Sequence record: PQ066597.1
DNA: 64,000 bases
Strand: one strand, 5' to 3'
Shown: piece after piece, positions 25,393 to 34,271 of the stretch
Position numbering within the stretch: the stretch's first letter is position 1
How the letters are laid out: every line of letters begins with the position of its first letter
Program-made: the position numbers and the translations under genes
The notes under the pieces: generated by a model
Told to the model about the DNA's origin: nothing
Databases searched by the model: none
The model's input: the letters and a program-made list of their open reading frames with translations, nothing else

Positions 25393-26265
25393 TTAAGCAG
25401 CAAATGGAATATCTAATTTTCCGTTATGAAGATAACCATCAATTGTTACAATGTCGTAAACTTTGTTCTTTTCATCAAGTACATAGTCCAGATCAACACA
25501 CTTCTCGTCAAACACCAACACAGGGTTGTTGAGAGGGTGTGGTTCTCGTTTCAGAAACTCTTCACATGCATCGAATTGATTTTCGTAAATGTGAACGTTG
25601 TTCATAACATGGGTAACCTTCCCGACCTTATGACCCGTGATCTTAGCCATCAGTTCTAGGAAAAACCATGCTTGGAGCATATTGGCAGGACCACCTAGAA
25701 GGATGTCAGTGCTACGTTGATACGACGTGAGATGAAGGGTATCACCGATAAGCTGGAACTGGTGCATCATCATACAAGGACGCAAACAACCTTCTTCGAA
25801 CCGAGAAGGATCCCAGAAGGTGATAATCTCACCACGATTATCAATACCAGCTTTTAGATCTTCATACACATCCCAAAGTAGGTCGTATTCCCCACCCATG
25901 TTACCAAAGTCTCGGGCGATTGCACCATAGACATTACCCATATCATCCTCGCCTAGTCGGTTTGGATTGGCTAACCATGCTTTTGTCTCGTTCGCGTTTG
26001 CGTCCCATGTACGGGTTCCAAGATCCCGAAATTGTTTTGCGCTTGTATATCCTCGCAGATAACCAACAAACTCGGCGATAAACATTTTGAAGAAAACATG
26101 TTTATGAGAAATCATCGGACATCGGTCATACACCATAACATGAGTTGGAATAGTTCGACAAACATATCCAGTACGAGAGTTGAAGATGTCGTGACCAGAT
26201 TCAAAAACATCCTTTACTAGATTGTAATATTCTGATTCATACTTACCTTGTGGGAGTAATATCAT
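25393..26265 (-). CDS. td: thymidylate synthase (ThyA type), intron-less
   Basis: LRPC catalytic Cys, YQRSTD, HIYENQ motifs. Confidence 0.97.
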   Translation of the reverse strand: MILLPQGKYESEYYNLVKDVFESGHDIFNSRTGYVCRTIPTHVMVYDRCPMISHKHVFFKMFIAEFVGYLRGYTSAKQFRDLGTRTWDANANETKAWLANPNRLGEDDMGNVYGAIARDFGNMGGEYDLLWDVYEDLKAGIDNRGEIITFWDPSRFEEGCLRPCMMMHQFQLIGDTLHLTSYQRSTDILLGGPANMLQAWFFLELMAKITGHKVGKVTHVMNNVHIYENQFDACEEFLKREPHPLNNPVLVFDEKCVDLDYVLDEKNKVYDIVTIDGYLHNGKLDIPFAA

Positions 26266-26555
26266 TGCATCAAGATCCCACCGGTAGATTTGCTATAACC
26301 CCCAAGAGCTTCGGTAGAACTCTTTACGTTTTCCATCTGCTCGTAGAAAGTCGTCATAGCAAGCTGCATTTCGGTAAACCCTGCGCGGAGTTCCGTATTT
26401 GATTCAACTAGACTTTGAATTGTCGCTTCGTGGGTCTTGATTGTTTCTCGCTGGTGTTCCAACTGTTTAACCATCGCGTCGATCATAAAATTTTGCACAA
26501 AAATTGATTCTTCAACAGTAGGATTTTCTTTTTCGATTAGTTCATTGATATTCAT
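26262..26555 (-). CDS. coiled-coil hypothetical protein
   Basis: Between frd and td, coupled overlaps. Confidence 0.8.
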   Translation of the reverse strand: MNINELIEKENPTVEESIFVQNFMIDAMVKQLEHQRETIKTHEATIQSLVESNTELRAGFTEMQLAMTTFYEQMENVKSSTEALGGYSKSTGGILMQ

Positions 26556-27097
26556 TTACTTTCCTTTTTGAAATTTTTGAAATGAGTATAGACAACACTC
26601 AGCCCCTCTTTGGTGGTAAGTACCTGACTATCCATGATACACATAGTACTTGAGATTTCCTTGACCAAACCCATATCGAGGTTTACGTCGCAGAATTGTT
26701 TAGATGGCATTGTAGCACAGGATATAACGGTTACATGAGCTTCATCAACCATCCCAGAAGACATAAAATGATAAAGCATACTCGGGCCGCCAATCACACA
26801 AAAATCTGTTTCTGGGTTATCTTCAATCATCTGATTGATCAACCCCATATCATCGGAGATAACATCCGGACCCTCACCACTCTTAGTGACTGAATCAGGA
26901 TTAGATGATAACACAATATGCATACGATCTTTAAGTTTACTTGGGAGAGATTCAAACGTCCCACGACCCATAATCAGAACCTTTTTGGAAGTTACATCTT
27001 TGAATTTCTTCATATCTTCCCGGATATGGGGCCAAGGCATAGTACCACAATGTCCGAATTGTCCTTGTTCACCAACTGCAAAAACTAAACTAATCAT
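26552..27097 (-). CDS. frd: dihydrofolate reductase
   Basis: MPWPHIREDMKKFK, IMGRGTFESLP, LKDR, VIGG motifs. Confidence 0.95.
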   Translation of the reverse strand: MISLVFAVGEQGQFGHCGTMPWPHIREDMKKFKDVTSKKVLIMGRGTFESLPSKLKDRMHIVLSSNPDSVTKSGEGPDVISDDMGLINQMIEDNPETDFCVIGGPSMLYHFMSSGMVDEAHVTVISCATMPSKQFCDVNLDMGLVKEISSTMCIMDSQVLTTKEGLSVVYTHFKNFKKESK

Positions 27098-27107
27098 CTT
27101 CTACCTC

Positions 27108-27293
27108 TTAATAAGTACATTCATAACAAGAAAACTCATACTTACTTTCTTGTTTTTCATTAGGATTTTTGATCTTAACCCGAATACCACAGAGACAATT
27201 ATCCTCCCATGGTAGACAGAGATGCTTCTTATTATCGATACCGATACAACGAATCAAATTCTCTCGGATCTCTTTCTTTGTCATATTTCTCAT
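27108..27293 (-). CDS. small Cys/His-rich hypothetical protein
   Basis: HLC, CLCG, CYEC possible Zn site. Confidence 0.75.
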   Translation of the reverse strand: MRNMTKKEIRENLIRCIGIDNKKHLCLPWEDNCLCGIRVKIKNPNEKQESKYEFSCYECTY

Positions 27294-27565
27294 GGTTGAA
27301 GACTCATATCCATTTTAGTTACGTCAAATAGATAAATACGTGGATGGATCGAACAGTAGTCATCACATTTAAACCCAAAATACATACTATCCCGATAAAC
27401 GTCTTTATCAACTATTTCCATGGAGTAAACAATATCACCTTTCTTATACACCAACAAAGAATAACCATCGGATTGGAAGACCCTCCATGGATATGATGTA
27501 TAATCGTGGTCATATCGAACGTTAGTCAAGATACGTTTATCTGCATAAATATAATTCAGTTCCAT
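27290..27565 (-). CDS. hypothetical protein
   Basis: Start re-called at MELNY. Confidence 0.7.
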   Translation of the reverse strand: MELNYIYADKRILTNVRYDHDYTSYPWRVFQSDGYSLLVYKKGDIVYSMEIVDKDVYRDSMYFGFKCDDYCSIHPRIYLFDVTKMDMSLQP

Positions 27566-27566
27566 T

Positions 27567-27728
27567 TTAAACCCCCAGAAGGTTAAGAAGAGTGTATTCA
27601 GATTTCCCTTTTGCAAAATGACAGAAAGAATGAAAATCCTCCTTGGTATATCGACCTTTCCGAACATACATTTTAAAGGTACGATTCAAAATCTTTTCTC
27701 TATCTGATTGATGACCTAACTTTTTCAT
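27567..27728 (-). CDS. hypothetical protein (53 aa, not in ORF track)
   Basis: MKKLGHQSDREK...NLLGV; ATGA coupling, fills gap. Confidence 0.65.
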   Translation of the reverse strand: MKKLGHQSDREKILNRTFKMYVRKGRYTKEDFHSFCHFAKGKSEYTLLNLLGV

Positions 27729-27964
27729 TTTACTTCCTCCAAACATTCTTCTACCAATTTGAAATATTCATCTTTAGAATATCCACCCGGAACATCAAAC
27801 AAAAGGAAACCGTCGTATATGTCTCCATCTTGGTCTTTACTTATACCAAATGCTTTTACACCAAGCCAACCAACGTGATACACTTCGATAACGTCACCAA
27901 TACCAACGATATGTCTCTCACTAACCGGTGTTGTGATCCGATACTTTTTACCTACTTCAATCAT
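27725..27964 (-). CDS. hypothetical protein
   Basis: MIEVGKKYRI SH3-like start. Confidence 0.8.
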   Translation of the reverse strand: MIEVGKKYRITTPVSERHIVGIGDVIEVYHVGWLGVKAFGISKDQDGDIYDGFLLFDVPGGYSKDEYFKLVEECLEEVK

Positions 27965-27966
27965 AA

Positions 27967-28188
27967 TTATACCCTCACCAAGAATTGTTTTTCATAGTCG
28001 GTGATGAAGAAATCTTGTCCACCTTTACTAACCCAAAATCCACCCAAATCTTTATATGCTGGTTCGTCATGAACACGGAAAGGGTCTAGACCAACAATAC
28101 CAGCAAGCAGTAGGTTGTGTTGATCTGTACACGGCATTTCAGAAACAAATTGGTTCATAGCTTCTTCTGATTTGAACTTATACATCAT
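27967..28188 (-). CDS. hypothetical protein, dispersed YKFKS paralog family
   Basis: Start re-called at MMYKFKSEE (GAGGA RBS). Confidence 0.75.
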   Translation of the reverse strand: MMYKFKSEEAMNQFVSEMPCTDQHNLLLAGIVGLDPFRVHDEPAYKDLGGFWVSKGGQDFFITDYEKQFLVRV

Positions 28189-28192
28189 GATC

Positions 28193-28279
28193 TTAATCCT
28201 CATAAGATTTGCGAATACCAACAGAAACTTTTTCTTTTACACCATAAGAACCGTCATTCATTTGAGTTTTGATTAACAT
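28193..28279 (-). CDS. 28-aa early peptide (not in ORF track)
   Basis: MLIKTQMNDGSYGVKEKVSVGIRKSYED; AGGAGG RBS; first ORF after promoter 28310-28338. Confidence 0.65.
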   Translation of the reverse strand: MLIKTQMNDGSYGVKEKVSVGIRKSYED

Positions 28280-28309
28280 GACAGCCTCCTTCTTGTTTCT
28301 TCATGGGCT

Positions 28310-28338
28310 ATATTACAAAAGTTGGGACGTGAAATCAA
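28310..28338 (-). promoter_or_regulatory. sigma70-like early promoter
   Basis: TTGATT-N17-TAATAT. Confidence 0.65.
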
Positions 28339-29315
28339 CCAATTTTTGAAAATAAATCCAGTACAGCAGATGTTTTTGCTTTCGCTTCAACTTCTAGACA
28401 ACCCAAACCAGACAGGATTTTAGCTTGTTGGATGACCATAGGATCATCAATATAATCGCTATGTGCGCGGGATACTTTGTCTACTTCACGGCTTTGTGAA
28501 ACGTGGAAAAACGGTTTTTGGTTTCTCCAAGTGGAAAGGATTCGTTCAAACGTAGATGAATCAACATCCAAAAATTCACCGGTCATAACAAGATGGTGAT
28601 GACAGTCATACAACATTTTTATACCATATTTTTCACAAATAAGCAACGTATTTTGAGTGTCCCCCGTGAAGATCTTACCGTTTTTATCGCTATTCTCAAA
28701 TGAGAGCCAAGGAATAAGATCCGAATATTGACCATTATCAAGTTCTGGGAGATGATCTAAGTTGCCTTCAAGATGAATATTAATACAAGATTTATCTGAT
28801 GTAGTCAACCGTTCCATAAAATATTTGTGATACATGAGGGTAGCAAAAGATTGATTTCTGGTATCTTCACCGACAGAATTGATGATAACAAACTGGTCCG
28901 GGTGAGTAGATATCACGATACCGTTTGAATCTATTACTTTTTTGCAACGATTTAGCAACATGTCCACAGCGGATAACATATCCACATCGTAAAGAGACCC
29001 TAACACTGGGTGGTCAAACAACGGAAGTAGATCTGAACTAATCCGCAGAGCATGACATTCAGTTGGCATACCAGACACAAAAACCAGTTGGTTGTACAAA
29101 GCATTTAGATTTTGTTTAACTTTAGGCATCAGCTTTGCCTTTAGTTTAATAGAATTTTTAGATACCACATCCAATGTAAGGAGTGACGGGTCGTCAATCC
29201 CACATATCTGCATCATACTTTTTCTGGTAACCGTACCCATTTTTGTATCTTTATGAGCGGTAAAAGTTGATTTAGACTTATCGAAAATACCAGTCATACA
29301 TACAGTACCAAGCAT
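28335..29315 (-). CDS. uvsE: UV damage endonuclease (UvsE/UvdE family)
   Basis: LRISS, STHPDQF, FENSDK, YDCHHH, FHVS, AHSDYI, EVEAKAK motifs. Confidence 0.9.
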   Translation of the reverse strand: MLGTVCMTGIFDKSKSTFTAHKDTKMGTVTRKSMMQICGIDDPSLLTLDVVSKNSIKLKAKLMPKVKQNLNALYNQLVFVSGMPTECHALRISSDLLPLFDHPVLGSLYDVDMLSAVDMLLNRCKKVIDSNGIVISTHPDQFVIINSVGEDTRNQSFATLMYHKYFMERLTTSDKSCINIHLEGNLDHLPELDNGQYSDLIPWLSFENSDKNGKIFTGDTQNTLLICEKYGIKMLYDCHHHLVMTGEFLDVDSSTFERILSTWRNQKPFFHVSQSREVDKVSRAHSDYIDDPMVIQQAKILSGLGCLEVEAKAKTSAVLDLFSKIG

Positions 29316-29346
29316 TTAAAAATCCCCTACAACATTATGTGGGTGT

Positions 29347-29376
29347 ATAATAACAAAAAGGGCTGACCCAAGTCAA
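29347..29376 (-). promoter_or_regulatory. sigma70-like early promoter overlapping a terminator
   Basis: TTGACT-N18-TATTAT with TG; AAAAAGGG/CCCTTTTT stem 29355-29384. Confidence 0.65.
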
Positions 29377-29388
29377 CCCTTTTTTCAT

Positions 29389-29676
29389 TTAAAATTCCAG
29401 AGTATCGAAATCTTTATCCATCAGATGGAGAACAATCTTTTTGAACTTCGCTTTTGTCTTTGAGTTAATAGGCATAGAACCCAAGAATTCCCAGTAAGAA
29501 CCAGTAAATTCAAAAATCTGCAAATCGTCCCCGTCTATCTCAGTCGCCAGATAACCGAGGTTTGGACCACCCAGACAATCAAACAACCCAGTACAAGTAC
29601 TACCATCGCCCCAATTCAGGGTATCTTCAAACAGTGAATTAAATTTTGCAGTTTGTTCTTTATTCATCTTAGCCAT
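29389..29676 (-). CDS. hypothetical protein
   Basis: Tiled ORF with AAGG RBS. Confidence 0.8.
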   Translation of the reverse strand: MAKMNKEQTAKFNSLFEDTLNWGDGSTCTGLFDCLGGPNLGYLATEIDGDDLQIFEFTGSYWEFLGSMPINSKTKAKFKKIVLHLMDKDFDTLEF

Positions 29677-29735
29677 TATATTAACCTTTTTAGTTTAGTT
29701 GTGTTGGGGTTGCAATACGCAACCCCTTTCTATTT

Positions 29736-31262
29736 TTACAGACCAGCCAGCGCACGAGCTTGGATGTCTTTCCAGATTTGGAAGTTAACAATCTTACCGT
29801 CACGGAAAGCAAGTTTCAATTCGCCTTGGTTGAACTCATCAGCGGTTTGGTTCTCGAAAAGAACATAATCACCATCAACCTTCTCAACCCGCAGACGACC
29901 CCGAGCGGACTTCTTACTGTTCAACGCAGTTTTCGGGTTCTTCTGCATGGAGATATCAATTCCATCAACGATGGAGTGAGTACCCTTGATTGCAATAGAG
30001 AAGCTATCGCGAGAAGCATTCTTGAGGAAACCCCAACTACCAGTACCCATCAGTACGTTGGAAACACACCAGCCAGCAGCAGCCATACCAGCATAGATCT
30101 TTTCTTGCAGTTCACCGTCAATCGCTTCACCGTAGATGATACCAACTTTCGGATTCAGAACACGGAAACCCTTCTCGTTCACAGTACCACCAAAAATATC
30201 CCACAGGATTTGCAGAGACCCTTTACGTTCGTTCTCATCTTCTGCTTCCGGGTCACCCATGATCACCTCGTAAGGAGTCTTGGGGGAACTGTCTGGGCGA
30301 ACTACAAACTTACACAGACCGTTTGAATCCGGTTGACGGGCTTCGATTTCGTCTTTCAGTGCCAGAAGGTCAACCGACAGCAGACGATAATAATCTTCAC
30401 TATCCGCAACGTAACTCAGGATCCCGGTCGGATAAGTTTCTGTGAAAAGACGGCGGAGGCTTTCACGTTCTGCATGTTCAAAACCAAGACCACGGAAGTA
30501 AGCGATACGTTGGGTTGCGGTAGCATGTTCGAAGGCGTTAACAGAACAACCAATCAGTTCCTCGTCGCTATTAGCACCGTAATAGTCTTCGATGTAATCG
30601 ATAGCCCAACCGGTGTCAGTACCAGCACTGAACAGAAGTTGACCCATACCAGAGATGGTAGCATCCTCAATACCACGATGACCCCGAGCGGCGAAACAGT
30701 GGTTAGCAATCAGAGTCCAGAAGTCGTCTGCACCAGTCATCGGAGCCCACTTATTGGAGGTCTTGCGGTATTGAGCAGATACCATAGCGGAGTTGCTCAT
30801 AGGCCATACCATCGCACTCAGGAAGGTTTCGAGGTAGTTAACCAACCAGAAGAACTCTTTCTTGGTGTTACTCACTACGAAAGCAGGGATACCCATGTTA
30901 ATCCAGTTACCCTCTTCGATTGCTCGCACTTCAATAGGCAGATAACCAAGGTCATGAAGGTCACCAATAGCCTTAATCATGGAATCGCCATGGTCTTTAC
31001 CGATGGAGTTCTTGACACGACGAGAGAACCGCTTGACTACTTTCTCTTTAGACTTACTAAAGAAGTTCTGATCCCATTGCTCCACCATGTATTGCAGGGT
31101 GTATTGCAGACCGAAGAATACCATCTTACCGTTGCCGTGAATGGTGTTAGCCAGACGGTCAGAACGAGGGGTTAGGTTGGAGATTACAAGTTCAGTACCG
31201 TTGATGTATTGATCGATGTGACCCCATTTGTAGAAGTCTACGGACATATGCGGATATTTCAT
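29736..31262 (-). CDS. nadV: nicotinamide phosphoribosyltransferase-family protein (NAMPT / Namat-like)
   Basis: DFYKxGH, FFGLQY, FAARG, GTDT, EHA, VVRPDS, GIIYGEAI, KNPKT...KKSARG motifs. Confidence 0.93.
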   Translation of the reverse strand: MKYPHMSVDFYKWGHIDQYINGTELVISNLTPRSDRLANTIHGNGKMVFFGLQYTLQYMVEQWDQNFFSKSKEKVVKRFSRRVKNSIGKDHGDSMIKAIGDLHDLGYLPIEVRAIEEGNWINMGIPAFVVSNTKKEFFWLVNYLETFLSAMVWPMSNSAMVSAQYRKTSNKWAPMTGADDFWTLIANHCFAARGHRGIEDATISGMGQLLFSAGTDTGWAIDYIEDYYGANSDEELIGCSVNAFEHATATQRIAYFRGLGFEHAERESLRRLFTETYPTGILSYVADSEDYYRLLSVDLLALKDEIEARQPDSNGLCKFVVRPDSSPKTPYEVIMGDPEAEDENERKGSLQILWDIFGGTVNEKGFRVLNPKVGIIYGEAIDGELQEKIYAGMAAAGWCVSNVLMGTGSWGFLKNASRDSFSIAIKGTHSIVDGIDISMQKNPKTALNSKKSARGRLRVEKVDGDYVLFENQTADEFNQGELKLAFRDGKIVNFQIWKDIQARALAGL

Positions 31263-31278
31263 TTTCTCATTTTCCTTA

Positions 31279-31821
31279 TTACATAATTTGGGTAAAGTAT
31301 TTTTCTAACGTATCTTTTCTCATAGAATACGTTGTTTCTGTTTTAACGTCAACAAAATTTACAGAACCATCATCACAAATTTTACAAACCTGCCCATCCA
31401 TCACAAAATTATCAATCGCAGTAAGCCAACCGATGTTTCGATGGTCTCTCATAAATTCGACCCGATGTCTATCTGATTTGTAGTATATCGAGGTCACGTT
31501 AGGTTTAAAAGTAAATTTTTTGCGGTATTCATTGATGATTTTTGGGGTATCTTCAAATCCTACCATTCTGGTGAATTTACTAACAGGTTCCTCTTCAAAC
31601 TGTTGAATATACTCTACCACACTATCGAAGGAAAACAAAACTATTTTTTCGGACGAATAGCGATTTTTTATTAAAACAAAAATATCATCTTTATAGTCAA
31701 CCACATAGTTACTTGACATGGTAAACCGATCCAGCCGACAACGGAGTTCCGCATAATCAGAAACATCCCCGTCGGCGTTTTCTACAACATAAGGAATATT
31801 GTCAATAAAATAAATTCTCAT
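31279..31821 (-). CDS. hypothetical protein
   Basis: Tiled minus-strand ORF. Confidence 0.8.
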   Translation of the reverse strand: MRIYFIDNIPYVVENADGDVSDYAELRCRLDRFTMSSNYVVDYKDDIFVLIKNRYSSEKIVLFSFDSVVEYIQQFEEEPVSKFTRMVGFEDTPKIINEYRKKFTFKPNVTSIYYKSDRHRVEFMRDHRNIGWLTAIDNFVMDGQVCKICDDGSVNFVDVKTETTYSMRKDTLEKYFTQIM

Positions 31822-32009
31822 AACACCAACCTTGTTCTTTGAACAACCAGATCACCACCTTCCTTAAACTCTAAGTTTACAAGAATGCAATCACCTTCAT
31901 CTTTGTAAGAATGTACCACCAAATCGGATAGATTATATCCAATATTTTCGAGCGTAATGTCGATTATTTTTGTCATAACCCGTCCGGGGGTTTGCCATTT
32001 ATTCATCAA
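31818..32009 (-). CDS. hypothetical protein
   Basis: Tiled ORF, ATGA overlaps. Confidence 0.75.
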   Translation of the reverse strand: MMNKWQTPGRVMTKIIDITLENIGYNLSDLVVHSYKDEGDCILVNLEFKEGGDLVVQRTRLVL

Positions 32010-32443
32010 AATTTGTTCCCCTCATAGTCAATACGAAGAGATTCACTTTTTCCGAACTTTCGTTCGCCGCAAATAAACCCAGCCCGTTTAGCTCGACAAC
32101 TACCGAGGCTACTACCAAGCCGCCGTTTATGAATGATACGTCCAATAAATTCATCCATATGATCATGGTTTACCAGCTTAGAGAAAACTACGGTCAAAAC
32201 TTTACCATCTTTAAGATCATACTCGATGAATTTATAATCACCGATTGTATCACGACCAGTATCAATGATCTCGATATCATTTTCTTCCGAACGGAACCAG
32301 TCATGATATCGGTCAAACATCCGGATTTGGTGTACCTTTTTCACTTCGTCCATTGGAATTTCACCAATGATCTTGATAGTGATAGGTTGATATGATTCGT
32401 GACAGTCTTCTTTCTTCAATACATATGTAATTGAATTAATCAT
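32006..32443 (-). CDS. hypothetical protein
   Basis: Tiled ORF, ATGA overlaps. Confidence 0.8.
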   Translation of the reverse strand: MINSITYVLKKEDCHESYQPITIKIIGEIPMDEVKKVHQIRMFDRYHDWFRSEENDIEIIDTGRDTIGDYKFIEYDLKDGKVLTVVFSKLVNHDHMDEFIGRIIHKRRLGSSLGSCRAKRAGFICGERKFGKSESLRIDYEGNKF

Positions 32444-32619
32444 TTCTTTTCTCCAAAACAGAGAGTACCGATAGCCAGATTATGAACAAGATTCTTGATC
32501 CCTTCTTCGTTCATCCCATTCGCCTTTTCTCGCATCAACATTTCCTGAACAGATTGGTTAGCCAGAAGTTCATCGATACGGGAGTTAATGATTTGGGTCA
32601 TAGTTTCGATACTCATCAT
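32440..32619 (-). CDS. hypothetical protein
   Basis: Start re-called at MMSIET (AAGGA RBS). Confidence 0.7.
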   Translation of the reverse strand: MMSIETMTQIINSRIDELLANQSVQEMLMREKANGMNEEGIKNLVHNLAIGTLCFGEKK

Positions 32620-32629
32620 GTTTAGTTCC

Positions 32630-33427
32630 TTATTTTGTCCAGTCGAAACGAGTATATACGTTGTCGATGTACTGTGCAAGGTTTTCTTTGGCGTTGTAAG
32701 AAAAAATTCCATGGGTAACAAACAGGTCCACTCGAACCGCACCAGACTCTTTCAATACTTTACCAAGATTTAGGAAAGAACGACCACCATCACAAATATC
32801 GTCTACGATCAACAACCGCTTACCTTTGACGTCAGCATTGAAACGAGGTTCGCTAACTTCACCAGTGTTGATGTCACGAGTCTTCATGGCTTCAATTACA
32901 GGTAGTCCCGCACTTTGAGCTTGAGGATAAATCTTTTTCAGAGCACCTGCATCCGGGGATACGATTGCGTCATAATTATGACGGGAAATCCCTTGAGAAC
33001 CCCAACACCACTGTTTGTTAACAGATACGTTATTGATCAATGCGGTTGCTACATCGGAATGTGGGTCTGTGAGACAAACCAAATCATATTTCATAGAGTT
33101 GATGAAATCACAAAAGACACGCAAAGACAGGCTTTCACCTTCTGTCATAACTCGGTCTTGTCGAGCATAAGGGAGATAGGAAAGGTCCAAAACGTATCGC
33201 ACACCAGTCCCGAAGAATCGGTGAAGTGCATCCGTAAGGATCGCCAGTTTCATGATATCGCCATCGTGGATACTTGCATCAACACGAACAGTTTCTGTCT
33301 CATAAGACCCATATTCAATAACATCTTTTGGAAGTTTGACGTTCCATTCCCCACCGGCAAACTGTTTAAAATCAACAATTGCATTACTGATATTGAAGTC
33401 TTTATAAGTAACAAACAATTTATACAT
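32630..33427 (-). CDS. prs: ribose-phosphate pyrophosphokinase-family protein (Prs / Adps-like)
   Basis: FAGGE, YLPYARQDR, DPHS, VSPDAGA, KTRD, IVDDICDGGRSF, VTHGIFS motifs. Confidence 0.93.
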   Translation of the reverse strand: MYKLFVTYKDFNISNAIVDFKQFAGGEWNVKLPKDVIEYGSYETETVRVDASIHDGDIMKLAILTDALHRFFGTGVRYVLDLSYLPYARQDRVMTEGESLSLRVFCDFINSMKYDLVCLTDPHSDVATALINNVSVNKQWCWGSQGISRHNYDAIVSPDAGALKKIYPQAQSAGLPVIEAMKTRDINTGEVSEPRFNADVKGKRLLIVDDICDGGRSFLNLGKVLKESGAVRVDLFVTHGIFSYNAKENLAQYIDNVYTRFDWTK

Positions 33428-33825
33428 TAGATAATCCTCATTGAAATTATATCAGAGTTTAGGACGAGGTATTCCCCTTCCTGTTTCAAGATCCTAAGTA
33501 GAATCTTTTTATATGGTTCATAATCACAGAACTTGTGGATCATGAACCTGATGTTATCGATTGAAAGGACTGGAACTGCTTCTACTTCGTATGTGTGTCC
33601 ATCGTTTGTCTTCTGGAAGTATGATCCAACAGACCGAGCCGTTTTAGCACAAGAAGAAAAGCTATTCATCGTGTGGTCATCGTGTGGATTCTTAGACGAC
33701 CACCTATACAAAATACACGGTTTATTATTAAATTTTTCTTTTGCATAGTCAACAAGAATTTTAACTTCTTCGTCAGATACGGGGAGTCCGTCAAGATAAC
33801 GGAACAAAACAGAATGTGGGGTCAA
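33427..33825 (-). CDS. putative R-S-E class ADP-ribosyltransferase-like protein
   Basis: ILYR41, S55-F-S57, Q-E116-G-E118-YLVL spacing; TTG start coupled to NADAR stop. Confidence 0.55.
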   Translation of the reverse strand: MTPHSVLFRYLDGLPVSDEEVKILVDYAKEKFNNKPCILYRWSSKNPHDDHTMNSFSSCAKTARSVGSYFQKTNDGHTYEVEAVPVLSIDNIRFMIHKFCDYEPYKKILLRILKQEGEYLVLNSDIISMRII

Positions 33826-34271
33826 AGTTGTTCTCTAATCTCGTTCAAAATGTCACAAAACTCTTTTTCTGTCAGAATTGTGAGGTGTGGATCCTTACAA
33901 CCCATAGTATGGGTCAATACATGCGGTTTTGAGTGCACCAGAGCCTCTAGGAATGATTTGTTCTGTTCTGCCATTGAAAGGTATGCGTTATACAAAAGAT
34001 TGCTATACGCTTCACTGAGGCGGTTTACAGGCTTTCCTTTATACCACATGGTAAGGTCTTTCTGCCACCCCCTATTAGAATGACAAACCTTATAAACTTC
34101 ATGACCTCTCAGAGTGTTTATGTCTGGGGGATTTTCATATTTGAGGCTTTGTAAGAAAGCCTCAATCGTCCGATAAAACACACCATCGAATGTAAATGGG
34201 TGTTCTGTGAAGTTTGACAACTCACGTTCAATCCAATCCCGGCTCCCAGAATAGATGTCAATGATTGCCAT
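33822..34271 (-). CDS. NADAR-family protein (T4 gp30.3-like)
   Basis: LSNF..HPFTFDG...TIEAFLQSLK, T.LTE motifs. Confidence 0.85.
   Translation of the reverse strand: MAIIDIYSGSRDWIERELSNFTEHPFTFDGVFYRTIEAFLQSLKYENPPDINTLRGHEVYKVCHSNRGWQKDLTMWYKGKPVNRLSEAYSNLLYNAYLSMAEQNKSFLEALVHSKPHVLTHTMGCKDPHLTILTEKEFCDILNEIREQL

Noticed and set aside
25393-26265. Group I intron in td
   Set aside because: Reading frame is continuous and normal in length
29760-31175. Long plus-strand ORFs (188 and 280 aa) antisense to the NAMPT-like gene
   Set aside because: Codon-for-codon shadows of a biased sense gene; no RBS, promoter or protein-like motifs
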